In this document: in pieces, positions 24,661 through 37,443 of the stretch | How the letters are laid out: each line of letters opens with the position of its first letter | Position numbering within the stretch: the first letter of the stretch is position 1 | From: Utricularia gibba | Lineage: Eukaryota; Plantae; Magnoliophyta | DNA length: 64,000 nucleotides | NCBI GenBank assembly: GCA_002189035.1 | Contig: NEEC01000007.1 | Coordinates: 1,054,001 to 1,118,000, forward strand | Direction of reading: 5' to 3' | The notes under the pieces: model-generated | Database searches by the model: none | The model's input: only the letters and a program-made list of their open reading frames with translations | Told to the model about the DNA's origin: nothing | Translations under genes and position numbers: made by a program

Positions 24661-25764
24661 ATTTAAAATCAGATTCTAGATGTTTTTCTTCTGTAAACAA
24701 AGCGGGACCGTTTACTTTCTCTGCGAAACTGCGGTAACAATTTGAACTTGTACACCATCACACAACCTGCCTGTTTTGTGCATGCTGTAGGAGACTTTAT
24801 TGTGTGACCAGCTGGAATCAGTTGCACTGAAACCTCATGCTTTGACTAGGCGTACCTTGTAATGCATATCAGTGCAACTACTTCCATCTCGTCTGCTACC
24901 ACAATAAATTGTCATGTACATGAATTGTCAGGCTGATGCTTGTGTCCACTTTGAAATCGAAGTTCTCCCCTCTGAAACTCACCTACAACTTTCGATTTCG
25001 GTACATTCCCCCGACATCCCACTTGATTCTCTGTTTCCCTCTATGCAGGTGCTCGGGCGAGTTGGCTGCCGTGGGTACCCTGAAACTCACTCACCTTGCT
25101 GCTGCAACTGGTTCACGAACTTATTTTTCCAATTTCAGCCTAGTGGCTGGATGACTTCCTTTCTTGAGGAAGGTGAATCCTAACACCCCTTTGTGACAGT
25201 GGAAGGGACAGGAAACAACATACCTGACCCCACCCTCTTATCTTATATCATGTGTTCTGGATTAGATCTGTGCCAGTTCACATTGCTCCAACATTGCTTT
25301 TTCTTATCTTATATTTGTTATCGAATGGCAGCAAGATGTCATGGATGATATGGCATTACCATGCCACCACAGAGATTATGTTACTCTAGAAGTTTAAGAC
25401 GGGATGAAGGAGCTCTAAGCAGGTATAAGATACTACTCGAGGAGTGAGGAGTAGTTTTCTGGTTTCTCTCCGGACGTCTACTTGAATGCGAAGTGGTACC
25501 TGACATGGCGTCAGTTGCTTTCATCGCATTCATTACAGACCGCCCAATAAATTTGGGTAGGAGGAGGATAGAGATATCCGTTACAATTATAAACTTCTAT
25601 GGATGTGCATTTTTTTATTTTTTGGAAGTTTTCATGAGTTATTACGAAATTTTCAATATTAAGAATTGTTTTATGCAATTTATTTTCAATGAAAAGTTGT
25701 TGGTTGTTTTTTTGAGTTGAAGCCACTCGCCTATAAAGCAAAAAGATGGGGAGAGGCTGATGAT

Positions 25765-27757
25765 ATGTCTGAGAAAATGGCGGGGAACGGTGTCGGTGAT
25801 GAAGAAATGGTGAGCGCCAGCCCCTACTCCAGAATGCTGCATACGCCCAACTTCAACCTGTGTGTCATCTTAGTCATGGGGTTCGGTGCTCCACTGGACG
25901 TGGCGTTGGTGAAGCATCTGGCGTCCCAAACTCTGCTCAAGCATCCTCGCTTCTCCAGCATCCTCGTGAGTGAGCCTGCAGGCGTTGTTTCTTGGATCAT
26001 TTTATGGAGGAGGGTGGTGTCTGATATTCTCTGTTTGCTAGGTTTTGGAGGATGAAAGGCGTCTAAAAATGTCTTGGAAACTGACAACACCCTACATCGA
26101 CGAGCACGTCCTGGTGCCGGATATAGACGAGGAAACAGGATCAGGGGATAAGTTTGTGGAGGACTTCATAACGGCCATTGCGGATGTTCCTATGGACTAC
26201 TCCAAGCCCTTGTGGGAGCTCCATCTACTCAACGTGAAGACCACCAACTCCACCTCCACCGCGGTGCTCAAGCTCCATCACGCCGTGGGCGACGGCGTAT
26301 CGCTCATGTCCATCCTTTTCGCCTGCGGACGGAAAATCTCCGATCCAGAAGCTTTGCCGGTTCTTCGGACTCCGGTTCGACGTCAACGTCGGAATGGTAC
26401 CAGTAACGGGCGTGTCCTGTCTGCGGCCCTGCTGTTTTGGAGAATGCTCCAGATTGTTTACTACAGTGTGATGGACGTTGTGGAGTTCATTGCCACTCTT
26501 CTCTTCTTGAAAGACTCTCCGAATCCGATCAAACCGGATCCGGGGCAGCCCTGGGTCAAGATGGAGAACCCCGCTTCTCACATGAGATATGTCCACCGCG
26601 TTCTGAGTTTCGAGGATGTTAAGCTTATCAAGAATTCTTTGAAAACGGTAACTTTTTCTGTTCTACTCCTCTGCCCTTTATACTGATATGAGAATCTCCC
26701 ATTTGGATTCCTTTGGCAGACGGCCAACGACGTTTTCTTGGGGATGGCTCAGGCGGCCATCGCTGCTTATTTTCAGAGAATCAGATATGGTAAAGTAAAT
26801 TTCTGCTCCTCCCCCTCAACAAAAAGATCATTCTGAAACTCTGCATTGTATCAGAGAAGGAAGGAAATGGCGCAGAGGCCAAACAGAAGACCAACAATCA
26901 CCTCAAGAAACCTCGTACAAGGGCCCTCGTAGCATTCAATCTACGCCCATCTGCTATGGTTGAAGTAAGCAACTTGAAAGGTTTTCATGCGCATTCGGCC
27001 CATCCCATTTCGTTTAAAACCTTTTGTTCCTCAGCGTGAAACATACGAGACGATACGAGAGGGAAGGAAGATGTGGGAGCTGAAGATGTGGGGGAACTTC
27101 GTCAGCTTTATGATAGTTCCCATGAAGCTGAGCACCGAAGAAGACCCCTTGGCTCACGTACGTGATTCTAAGGCGACCATGGATCGCAAGAAGCTCTCAT
27201 GGCTACCCCAAATCCAGTTCTGCGCTATGCAGCCCTTCCTTTACCTCTTTGTGGGACGGAATGTACGTACGCTTTCATCCATACCCTTCTTCTCATTATC
27301 TTCTGATTTTCTTTTCTCAATTTCAAACATAGAAAGACAAACTTCCTCCTAGTTTTTTTATTCCAGGTCGTAACTCGTTTCATGGATAACATATCTGCGC
27401 ACTTAACCCTTGGGATCTCCAACATCACTGGACCTGCGGAGGAGATCAACTTCTTGGGGCATCCCCTCGCTTACCTCGCCACAACCGTCAGTGGAGCTCC
27501 CGGGGTAAGCATCCCATTTCTGCTATTTCGATTTGTAATTTGGCATGAAGGATGAAATAGGTGTATTGTTTTGATTGGGGAAGATGGTGATCCACTTCCA
27601 AACCTACGCGAAAAAGCTAGCGGTGGCCCTGGCGGTCGACAATCGGGTGATAACTGATCCCCATCAGCTCGGTGACGATTTCCAGAACTCCCTTCAAATC
27701 ATGAAGGAAGCTGTCATCAACAGTGCCGCCGTCGCCGCCGCCGCTACCAGGCAATGA
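25765..27757 (+). CDS. WSD1: WSD1-like wax ester synthase/DGAT, copy 4 (ORF intact if the cryptic acceptor at 27583 is used)
   Basis: Exons 1-6 are in frame with HHAVGDG. The canonical last acceptor was removed by a 25-nt deletion, but AAG|ATG GTG ATC CAC keeps phase 0. Confidence 0.75.
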
Positions 27758-28648
27758 GGACCTGACGATTGAATGAAAGGGAATAAGACGAAGAATTCCA
27801 CAAGTCATTTGGAGAAAGTGATTGTGTGAGAGCTAAATCGCTCCAACTTCAAAAAGTAATTTGGAGCAAGAGACAAGCTTTTAAAATCATAAATTGAAAT
27901 CTAGGGTTCGATCCTATTTAACTGAACTCCATGATTTTTTAAATTCGATTTCAATACTTTGTATAAAAAAATATTTTTTTGAAATTTACAATCATTAAAG
28001 AAATATTTTTATTTTTATAATGTATTCATATTAAATCCAATTCATTATAAAAAATTCACCCAAAATAAAAAAAAAAAATCGACGCATGGATGGAACCCAT
28101 TTTTAATACATTTTAATATTTTTGCATTACAAAGATAATGATTGAATTTTTTCATACATGATATTGTCGATTATGATCATATAATTCTCATGTTTTTATG
28201 TTTTTTCTTTTCAAATAAAATGTATCATTCAAGATTAAAGAATATTTTTTTATAAAGACTATCCATTTATCTCATCTATAATCAATGTAATATTCATTTA
28301 AAATTCTTTCATCCTTCTTTGAGTGGGGGTCTTTTATGGCTCTATGGGCATAAAAATCAAACTAAAAATAATTTATATTCCATTAAATGTATTTTTTTAT
28401 TTTTTAAAAGGAAGATGGCTCCATGGCCATAAAATTGGAGTGGAATTCAATCTGATCAGCCATTGAGCGTCTCTAAATGAATAAATAAAAATATATTAAT
28501 ATTGAAATCATTTTAAAATGAATACCTTGTAGAGGAAGAAATTCTGAAATATTAAAATCGCGGTTCTACCTTACACGGTAGCAACTCTTCGGCTTTTCCA
28601 CGGCTCTCGAGTTTCCAAGTCTCCACTATCGGGAATCGTTTTAATGTC

Positions 28649-31122
28649 ATGGGGATTTCTACCGCGGCGGCGGAGAAGAAGAGCAGGTCTTCGGAATCGT
28701 CCAATATGTTAGCACCGGGATTTCGTTTCCACCCTACAGATGAGGAATTGGTGCGGTACTATTTGAGGCGGAAAGTTTGCGGCAAGGGTTTTCGGATCGA
28801 TGCGATTTCGGATATTGATATTTACAAGGCGGAGCCCTGGGATCTTCCGAGTATGTGATTATTTATTTGTTTTGAGCTGAGACTGCTGTTGTCTGTTATG
28901 GTTTCTCAGAGGTCGATTCTACTGCGTAACTTTGTGTTTGTTTGAAGAGTTGACTGGGTAGATGCGTGGGTTTTGTCGATAATTCAATGTTTTTGCTGAT
29001 CCGGTGTAGTTTTTTTTCCTTTTTTTTTTGGGACTATTTTTTTCCGCTGAGTATATTGCGATGCTCAAATCGCGTTGAAATTCCTTGATGCATAGAGCTT
29101 TCTTTCTTTTCTTTTTTTTTTTTCCTTTTCCATTTCAAGAAACGACTTGCATTTCTGTGATGATTCCAGGCTTTTCAAGGCTGAAATCGAGGGATATGGA
29201 GTGGTATTTTTTTAGCGTTCTGGACAAAAAGTATGGTAATGGATCAAAGACGAACAGGGCCACTGAAAGGGGATACTGGAAGACTACTGGAAAAGATAGG
29301 GCTGTCTACCATAAATCCCAAGTTGTGGGCATGAAGAAAACACTTGTTTATCACACAGGACGGGCCCCAAAGGGTCAGAGGACTAACTGGGTTATGCATG
29401 AGTACAGGCTCACTGACTTGGACCTGGATAAAGCTGGTATTGTACAGGTATGTTTTCTCTGAAGTAGGCTGGGGATTGAATTACGCATTGGATAATGTAA
29501 CATGAGAAGTCCCATTCTACCTGTGTCATGAATTCCGAATCTTAAACATCCCAATATTTTCTGCGTTAAAGGATTTCTGGAATAGTTTCGCTTGATGTGA
29601 ATTTTTTATGCTTAATGATTGGCATAATATGGTGTCAACTGATTTAGCAATGGAAGGCTCGTTCTTTCAATGCTTAAATAGTTTCTAATTTGTAATCTTT
29701 ATGGGTACGATGGAAGGATGCATTTGTGCTCTGCCGGGTATTCCAGAAAAGTGGTTCTGGGCCAAAGAATGGGGAACGATATGGAGCACCGTTTGTGGAA
29801 GAAGAATGGGAGGATGATGAACTTGTACTGGATCAAAAGAATGAGATGGCTGAGATAATTGATTTTGACGGTGATGGTTACCTGGACGAGCATGATCTTG
29901 AACAGGTATGTGCTTGCTGATTGTCATTATATGCCCTTGAACTCAGATTCCATTGGCCGTATGGGTCAGTTGTGATACAAAATTTATGCGCTAAATTTGA
30001 TTGACACCGTTCAGCGCATGTCTCTTTGTTTCAGCTCCTTGGAGAGAATAATCTGCCTGATGCTTCCCCTCGTCCTTCTAACATTTCCTATGAGGATTCT
30101 AGTCTTGGTGAAGTAGTTACTGCAAATGTCAGTGACCCCCTGAATCTCATGTTGAATGCCACCGAAGAGTGTTGCGAACTTAAGCCTATCAGTTATGAGA
30201 ATTCAACTGATATTCCTGCACCATGGGACGCGAATGCAAAGGTGGTGCGGCATGAATTCATTGGCGAGTCTAGCAAGTCAGGGAATACAGATTTGGATTT
30301 CCTCCTTGATGAACCCTTCTTCGATTGCAACGACCTTCTGTATGATAGTGGATTTCTCAAGGATGATGATCAACCTAATAATTCCTCCTTGAGCATTATT
30401 GATGAATACCTAAACTTCGTGAATTCCGATGGTAAAAATGTCGAGAGCTTCGCATTTGATCAACCATCAGCTCCATTGGAAAATCATTCTGCTGCTCAGA
30501 ATGCGCTGCTCCCTCCAGAGGAGCTGGTGTCTCAGAAACCAGAGGGAGGAAAACAAGAATCAGTTGATTACAGTGACTACAATGCAGCAGCCGAATCACA
30601 TAAGCTGGGCACTACTGTTCGTCGTTCAGGTTAGTGTAAATGCGTTAACTGCTACCTATTTCTTTCAACACCCCACATTCGTAATGCCTGTTAACTTCAT
30701 TCTTGGCAGATCTCCTGAGTCCATTCCTCAAGCACTCTACAAGTATGCTGGGCAGCTTACCCGCACCACCTGCCTTCGCTTCAGACTTATCTTTGAAAGA
30801 TGCCTCAGCTCTTGGCCTCCATTCACTCTATCAGTCTTCAAGTTCATCCCATATAGCAGCTGGCTTGATTCAAATCAGAGATCAAACAGTGGCCGGGTAT
30901 CAACCAAGCCAGCCCTTGATCAAGAACCTGAACCCGAATATCATTGTTTCACTAAGGTTCTTCAGAGAAAATGACGGCTCTGCAACGATAGAATCCAGTC
31001 TCAGGCTCTACCCCGCCAAGATGCTTGCAGCAATCTCCAGGTCCACATTCTTCTTCTCCCTTTTCTTGGTCCTGGTTCTCTCCATCAGCCTTAAGCTTGG
31101 GATCTGCATTGCTGCTAAATGA
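28649..31122 (+). CDS. Membrane-tethered NAC transcription factor, ANAC053/ANAC078 type, 5 exons
   Basis: [71 protein letters not shown]; hydrophobic C-terminal anchor [22 protein letters not shown]. Confidence 0.92.
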
Positions 31123-31380
31123 AGTCCAGGCTTCCCACAAATTTAACTCTGGTAGTTTAGACTTGGAAACTCTACAGAAGTTCCAATAATATCGATGTAT
31201 CAAGATATGAATTGCAATAGAACTTATTTGAGCTTTTTCTGTGCGTTGTTCGACTAAAGTGCCAAGGTTTGAAACTCAGAGAAGGATGTGTAAGAGATCG
31301 TACATTTCACCAGGAAAACTCCAAACTGAACTAGACAAATGACTACTAGAAAAGGGGAGATTTAGAGGAATGCAGATTTT

Positions 31381-31812
31381 TCAAGAACTAGTAAACTTGG
31401 TAACAGCTTTGGTTCCTTCTGAAACGGCGTGTTTCGCAAGCTCCCCGGGAAGGACAAGTCTAACAGCGGTTTGAATTTCACGGGATGTGATGGTTGGCTT
31501 CTTGTTGTAGCGAGCCAATCTTGACGCCTCCTGCGCCAATTTCTCGAAGATATCGTTGATGAAGCTGTTCATTATGCCCATGGCTTTGCTGGAGATTCCG
31601 ATGTCGGGATGGACCTGCTTCAGCACCTTGAAGATGTAGATCTTGTACGTCTCCGTCGCCTTCTTAGTGCGCTTCTTCTTCTTGTCAGCCGAGGCGGCGG
31701 CAACGTCCTTCGGGAGCTTCTTTCCGGCGGCCTTGACCTTCTTCTCTGCTGGAGCTTTCTCGGCCGCGGGCTTCTTCTCCGCTGGTTTCTTCTCCGCCGC
31801 CTTGGGTGCCAT
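31381..31812 (-). CDS. H2B: Histone H2B, 143 aa, intronless
   Basis: Canonical [25 protein letters not shown]...[20 protein letters not shown] with a PAEKK-repeat tail. Confidence 0.98.
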   Translation of the reverse strand: MAPKAAEKKPAEKKPAAEKAPAEKKVKAAGKKLPKDVAAASADKKKKRTKKATETYKIYIFKVLKQVHPDIGISSKAMGIMNSFINDIFEKLAQEASRLARYNKKPTITSREIQTAVRLVLPGELAKHAVSEGTKAVTKFTSS

Positions 31813-31920
31813 TGCGACTAGGGGAAATTCAAAGACCGTATAGAAACTGAGAAGGCGCTATCGTACAACGAACGAATCCTCGAAAACTTGTGGTGGGTGA
31901 AGAAACGGAAGCGGAGGCAA

Positions 31921-32006
31921 ATTTATAGGGAAAGATGGAGGCGTTTGATTGGTTGGAATTGTTGCACGCGGATCGTCGCGTAGAGGCAATTTATCGGCTG
32001 ACGTGG
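31921..32006 (-). promoter_or_regulatory. Histone promoter: TATA (about 31921-31927), CCAAT, octamer CGCGGATC (31967-31974), hexamer CCACGTCA (31999-32006)
   Basis: Motifs read directly from the sequence; they match established plant histone S-phase elements. Confidence 0.75.
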
Positions 32007-33886
32007 ACGGCCCAGATTCTCTGAAAAATAAAATTTAATTTTTAAGCGGCTATCTCTTCTCGCCAAAAAGTATTCCAAACAATTCATGCCGCCAAAATTT
32101 CAAAATACACGCTTCAATTTCCTACAATCACAACACACCACGTGTCTCACTGTTAAATAATTGATTTATCATATGATTTTGAAGACTGTTTTTTAGGGTA
32201 GGAAAAGGAATGTAAGTTAAATTACGAATTATTCATGATAATATTTGAATTAAATTCAACAAAATAAAAATCATTATTTGTCGATTTTTTAATTATTAAA
32301 ATATTATTTCAACAACGCAAAACCTAGCACGAAAATGGACAGACAGACAGACAGCCGACCCATAAGACATGCTAAGCCCCCAATCAAGACTAGCCCATTA
32401 ACCATTTCAAGTACCCAAAGTAGGTCAAGCCCATTTGAACGGCCCATTAGGAGACCAGGCCGATGGAATGATTGAACATGTCGTATTCGTCTCACATGAC
32501 ATGTTTTTCATAATATTTCACATTTAAACATATTTCTAAATTTTAGTACAAATTATTAATTACTTGCAATAACCTGTTTAAAATTTTCGTTCGTAAATAA
32601 CATGAAATTCGAGTATCTAAAATATAAATTATTTACCAGATAAATCATATCCAACAAATAATATAAGATGGTATGATAGCATCTAAAAGACATGAAATAG
32701 AATCATATATATAATTAAAATATTAAAAATGAAAAAAAAAACATAAATTGGTGCTCTTTAAAACACAAATGACGTCATTTGCATTAAATATACATTATTC
32801 TCCCTCTTTCCCCACCAACTTCTGTCACTGTTCATTAAAACACAAAATATTTTTTGTGTTTAATATCCGCCGATTTATTAGAGCTATGTTTTTCAATAAT
32901 TAAAGTATATATAAAATAAATCCAGTATTAAAGGTGCTAAAAATACATATGGGCAGGACACGGATGGGGTCCACTGCCTGCTGTCGGAAAGCCACGATCC
33001 TGTGTACTTGGTTCCGCTGGCCCCGTAAATTTAGCGGGGAACGTGAATTGAGAGGAGGAGAAAATCCACGTGACTGTGTAGTCTGGTCTGGCGGTGGGCC
33101 CAGACCCGGGAAATCAATTTCAAATTTTAAGTATATTATTATTAGTAAAGTAATACGAAAAAAACACTAAAACGAAATAAAAAAAATACGAGTATTTCTC
33201 TTTTTCTGAAATAAAAAATTAATAAAAAGGAACCAATTAGGGCGCCACGTAAGGATGTTTATATTACCTTGAAACTACGACGAAGCATGGGACTCCATTG
33301 CATGAATTAATTTTTTTTTCAAAAAATAGAAAGAAAATTACTCTAATTTTTTAATCATATTAGTTAACGTAATTAAAGATGACATCGACAGCCCGACACA
33401 CAGTGAAACCCGCTGGAGCCGAACGAGTAATGAGGAGCGTCGATGTCTTGTCACGCGCCAACCACTTCTGAACTGCCACGCGGCAATCAAATTTGTTTTT
33501 GTTGGCTTTGTTTATTCACTAAAAAGCATTAAGTGCAGTGTATTTTATTTATTTTTATTTTTATTGGTTTTTTTAAAAATCAGATAAAATGTAAAATCAG
33601 TTTTGAAACTTGATTCTACGTAGAATTTGGGGTAAATTATGGCAAGGGCGAAACTTAAAAGTATTTTTAAAAAAAATAAAAAAGAAACGGTTTACAGTGG
33701 GTAAAAACCATGTATATTATATATATATACATACGTAGAGAGTTTATCTTCTCCTGATATCGACAGACTACAATGACAGCCTCGTGAAATACGCCTTTGA
33801 GCTGCGGTGATCCATCGATGTGACGGTGGGGTTGAGAAGAACCGGTCAAGACTGGTGTCGAGGTTTATTGCTCTACCTGCGGGGCA

Positions 33887-35546
33887 ATGATGAGTCTCCT
33901 CATGTTATCTTCCGCCAACTACTTCCTGCGGCCCGCACCCGCCGCCGCTGTTTCTCGTTCCTCTCCGCCGATTCGAACTACTTTTCCGGCGAAACTGGCG
34001 ATGAGGTCGTGTGTATGGGTGAGCTATGCGGAGTTTAGCGCCTCTGCGCTGCAGGATGCCGCCGCCACAGCGTTGGTCGCAGGCGGTGGATACGCGATGG
34101 TTTCTACGTTCGACCAATTAACACGCCGCCAAATAGTGGAGAAGGTATGGTTTCTGATTTGCAGAGGGAGCGCATGATGCTTGAACTTGGAAATGGTTTG
34201 CAGAATTTGTGATTTGTTAATTGGAAATCCGGATCGAGTTACATATGTTTCCTGTTTCTTGTATTACAGATCATGAAAAACGCATTAGAATTCCGTGATT
34301 GTTTCAGGAAACGGAATAGTTTTTCGAATCGTCCTGTCTCTCCTCTTTTTGGTCAACAGTTTCTTTGCAATTCAGTGAAAAGATTGTCTAGTTATGTTCG
34401 TCAGACAGTATCGATTCATAATCGATATCTTTGCACATGCTTAACTTGGGATTTCAATGATTTTGGAAGCAAGTTTGTTTATGGGTTCGGAATCAGTAGC
34501 TTTACCTCTCAGTACTCTGTTGAAGATCACTCATGTCTCTTGCTTTTTAAAAACAGACACTGAGCAGAAAGATGGTGCACATATTGTCTGGTTTACTCTT
34601 TCTGGCATCCTGGCCAATTTTCAGGTGCTTCTGATAATCTTCAATACTACCCTTTTTTTGTTACAGCTGAGGCCGAGATTCTAGCCTCGAACTTCTACAT
34701 TCAAACATGTTGTTATCCTCACCGCTGAGCTGATTATTTCATCTTAGATTAGCACATCAACAGGTGCTCGCTACTTCGCACTGATAGTCCCCTCAGTGAA
34801 TTTCATAAGGCTTCTGGCAAACGGCCTTTCGTTGACAACAGATCCAGGCCTGATAACATCAGTCAGCAGAGAGGGGAAGCCTGAGTAATTCTCCAACTTC
34901 ATGGATCCACCCCCAGTTATGCTAATAACCTCACAAATTTTCTTGATACTCTTGTAGGGAACTGCTTAGAGGGCCTCTCTACTATGTCATTGTCCTGATG
35001 CTATGCACAATTCTCTATTGGCGTGACTCCCCTGCCGGAATGGTTACCTTAGCCATGATGTGCGCCGGTGATGGTACAAGTTCTTAAAAACACTAAGCAG
35101 AATAATTCACCATCTGCCTTCTTCAATCCTGTAACAGCATCTCATTACCTGCAGGAATCGCTGATATCATCGGACGAAGATTCGGCACCATACGAATTCC
35201 ATATAATCCACACAAGAGTTGGGCTGGTAGCATATCCATGTTCCTGTTTGGTTTCCTAGTTTCCATTGGGTGAGTTGGAGCACAAAACCATTAAACTTGC
35301 CATTTTTTCTGATCAGAGCTTAAGCACCAACTCATGTATGCCACTTTTGCGTGAGTGTGCAGAATGCTGTACTACTACTCGGCCCTTGGGTACCTCCACT
35401 TGGACTGGATGCGGGCAGTTACAGGAGTTGCTCTGGTTTCGTTCCTGGCGACGATTGTGGAATCGGTACCTTCGAAAATCATCGACGACAACATCTCAGT
35501 CCCATTGTTTACGATGCTGGTTTCCTCCCTCGTTTTTGGTTTATAG
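33887..35546 (+). CDS. VTE5: Phytol kinase (VTE5-type), chloroplast transit peptide, 6 exons
   Basis: SRKMVHILSGLLF, ELLRGPLYY, GDGIADIIGRRFG, KSWAGSISM, DDNISVP, all spliced in frame. Confidence 0.88.
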
Positions 35547-36391
35547 CGAGCAAAGGAAGACAGAGTTCATCTTCGTATATTAATAAGGGCGATCGTCCTC
35601 TTGTTTTAAAAGAGTGGTGAGAGTTTGATTTTAGTGATTTTCGAAAATTTTTTTTTAATAAATAAATTGTATTTGTAAAATCAATTCGATGAAATTTTTT
35701 TTTGTATTCGATTATTAATTTATGTTGGAATGATAAGTTTTTTTGAGAGGACTGACTCTGCTTTCATTAAGTTTGATTATGAAAATTGCGTATAATAAAA
35801 ATTACAAAAAACTGGAAAAAAGGGGGAAAAAGGAAACAAAGCACTTGGAAGGCGACTGCTCTGTATCACAATTCATGACGCTTTTCTCTTGACAAATTTC
35901 TCCGTCGCTCGCTTCTCGGTATGTGTATCTCCTGCGATTTTCACTTTTCTGTCTCACATAAGCCCCAAAGATTGGACCTTTTTGTATGATCGAAACGAAA
36001 TTCTTTATGATGGTTAGATTTGGTTGGGTTGAGTGTGTTGATTAGGGGGGCGGGTTTTGTTGGGATTGATGGTTTCCTTTGTTGGACACTGGACTTGTAC
36101 GAATTTTGAGGTGAAATCGGGGTCTGACTCGTCATTGAGCTTTATCAGTTGTTTAGAATATTGTGCGTATTCGCGCTATCTTTGCTTCTTCAGATTGAAC
36201 TTGGGCTTTGTTCAGTTTTTCCTTGCTGCATTTTCTTATGCTTCCAGTTAATGCTCTGACATCATCGGCGATTATATGCTTCAAACCATGAGCTTCAGTG
36301 TTCTTTCAATGTTTTTATGCCGGATTAGTAGTTACTTGAACTGCTTCATGTATTCCATTGAATTTTTAAACGTGCAGCAGTGTTCCGCAGC

Positions 36392-36925
36392 ATGGCAGCT
36401 AGCACCAGCCAGAACGGAATTCAACTCTTATTAGCTGCTGAGCAAGAGGCTCAGCATATTGTGAACACTGCTAGAAATGGTTAAATCTGCATTTCTTATC
36501 TCTATTTCATTACTTGCAGTTTACAAGTTGGCAAAATGGCTCAAGCTATATTCAACGATTGGTTTCTGTGGCAGCAAAACAGGCCAGACTTAAGCGGGCA
36601 AAGGAGGAAGCTGAGAAGGAAGTAGCTGAATTCCGTGCACAAATGGAAGCCGAGTTTCAGAGGAAGCTCGCCGAGGTAACTAAGCCAGTACTTCATGTGC
36701 ACATTGTAATGTAACCTGCAAATGTCTTCCTCAACCTGAGTCAGTATCTCCCTTTTGGTATGCCAAATTTTTTCTGTTCAGAGCAGCGGCGATTCCGGTG
36801 CTAATGTAAAGCGCCTGGAACAAGAAACAGAAGCAAAGATTGCACATTTGAAGACCGAGGCTACAAGAATCTCTCCGGAGATTGTCTCCTTGCTTCTCAG
36901 GCATGTTACTACCGTGAAGAACTGA
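36392..36925 (+). CDS. VHA-G: V-type proton ATPase subunit G, 3 exons
   Basis: [21 protein letters not shown]|[20 protein letters not shown]...|[16 protein letters not shown]. Confidence 0.95.
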
Positions 36926-37443
36926 AGCACTGATTGGGCTGCTCTGCAACCAGGTGATCCTTTTCTCTGTGGTTGAACTCAACCTTGAGTGAAGCTTTGT
37001 AACTCTTGCTTTGTTATGAACACATAACAAGTGAGTTTATGCATATTTCAGTTCAGTCCTCCAAATAAGGGAATTCTAGTTTTCCTCCTGGACTCAAAGA
37101 GACATTAAGTTGAACTTCAGGACTGCTTTTACAATTTTCACGTTTTAAAACTTACAAGTGTAATCTCTAAATGTAAATTTTACTTTGAATTTTCAAAACA
37201 CAATTCGCGTAGATGGGATGCATCTGAGTATGATGGGTCAACTTTGCAATTTTGTAATTGCGCTTGTGGGTAATGGGTAATTTTAAGGATTTGGGGGGTC
37301 AGATTTCCTACAACGCAATTTATAATATTGGGCCGAGGATACTGAGAGGCCCAAAGGTTCACCAACCTGGGTTGAGTCCAAGGCGATATTTCAACGAGAA
37401 AAAGAAGGAACGAGAAAGAGCTGAAACGTTGAGAGTTTGATCG

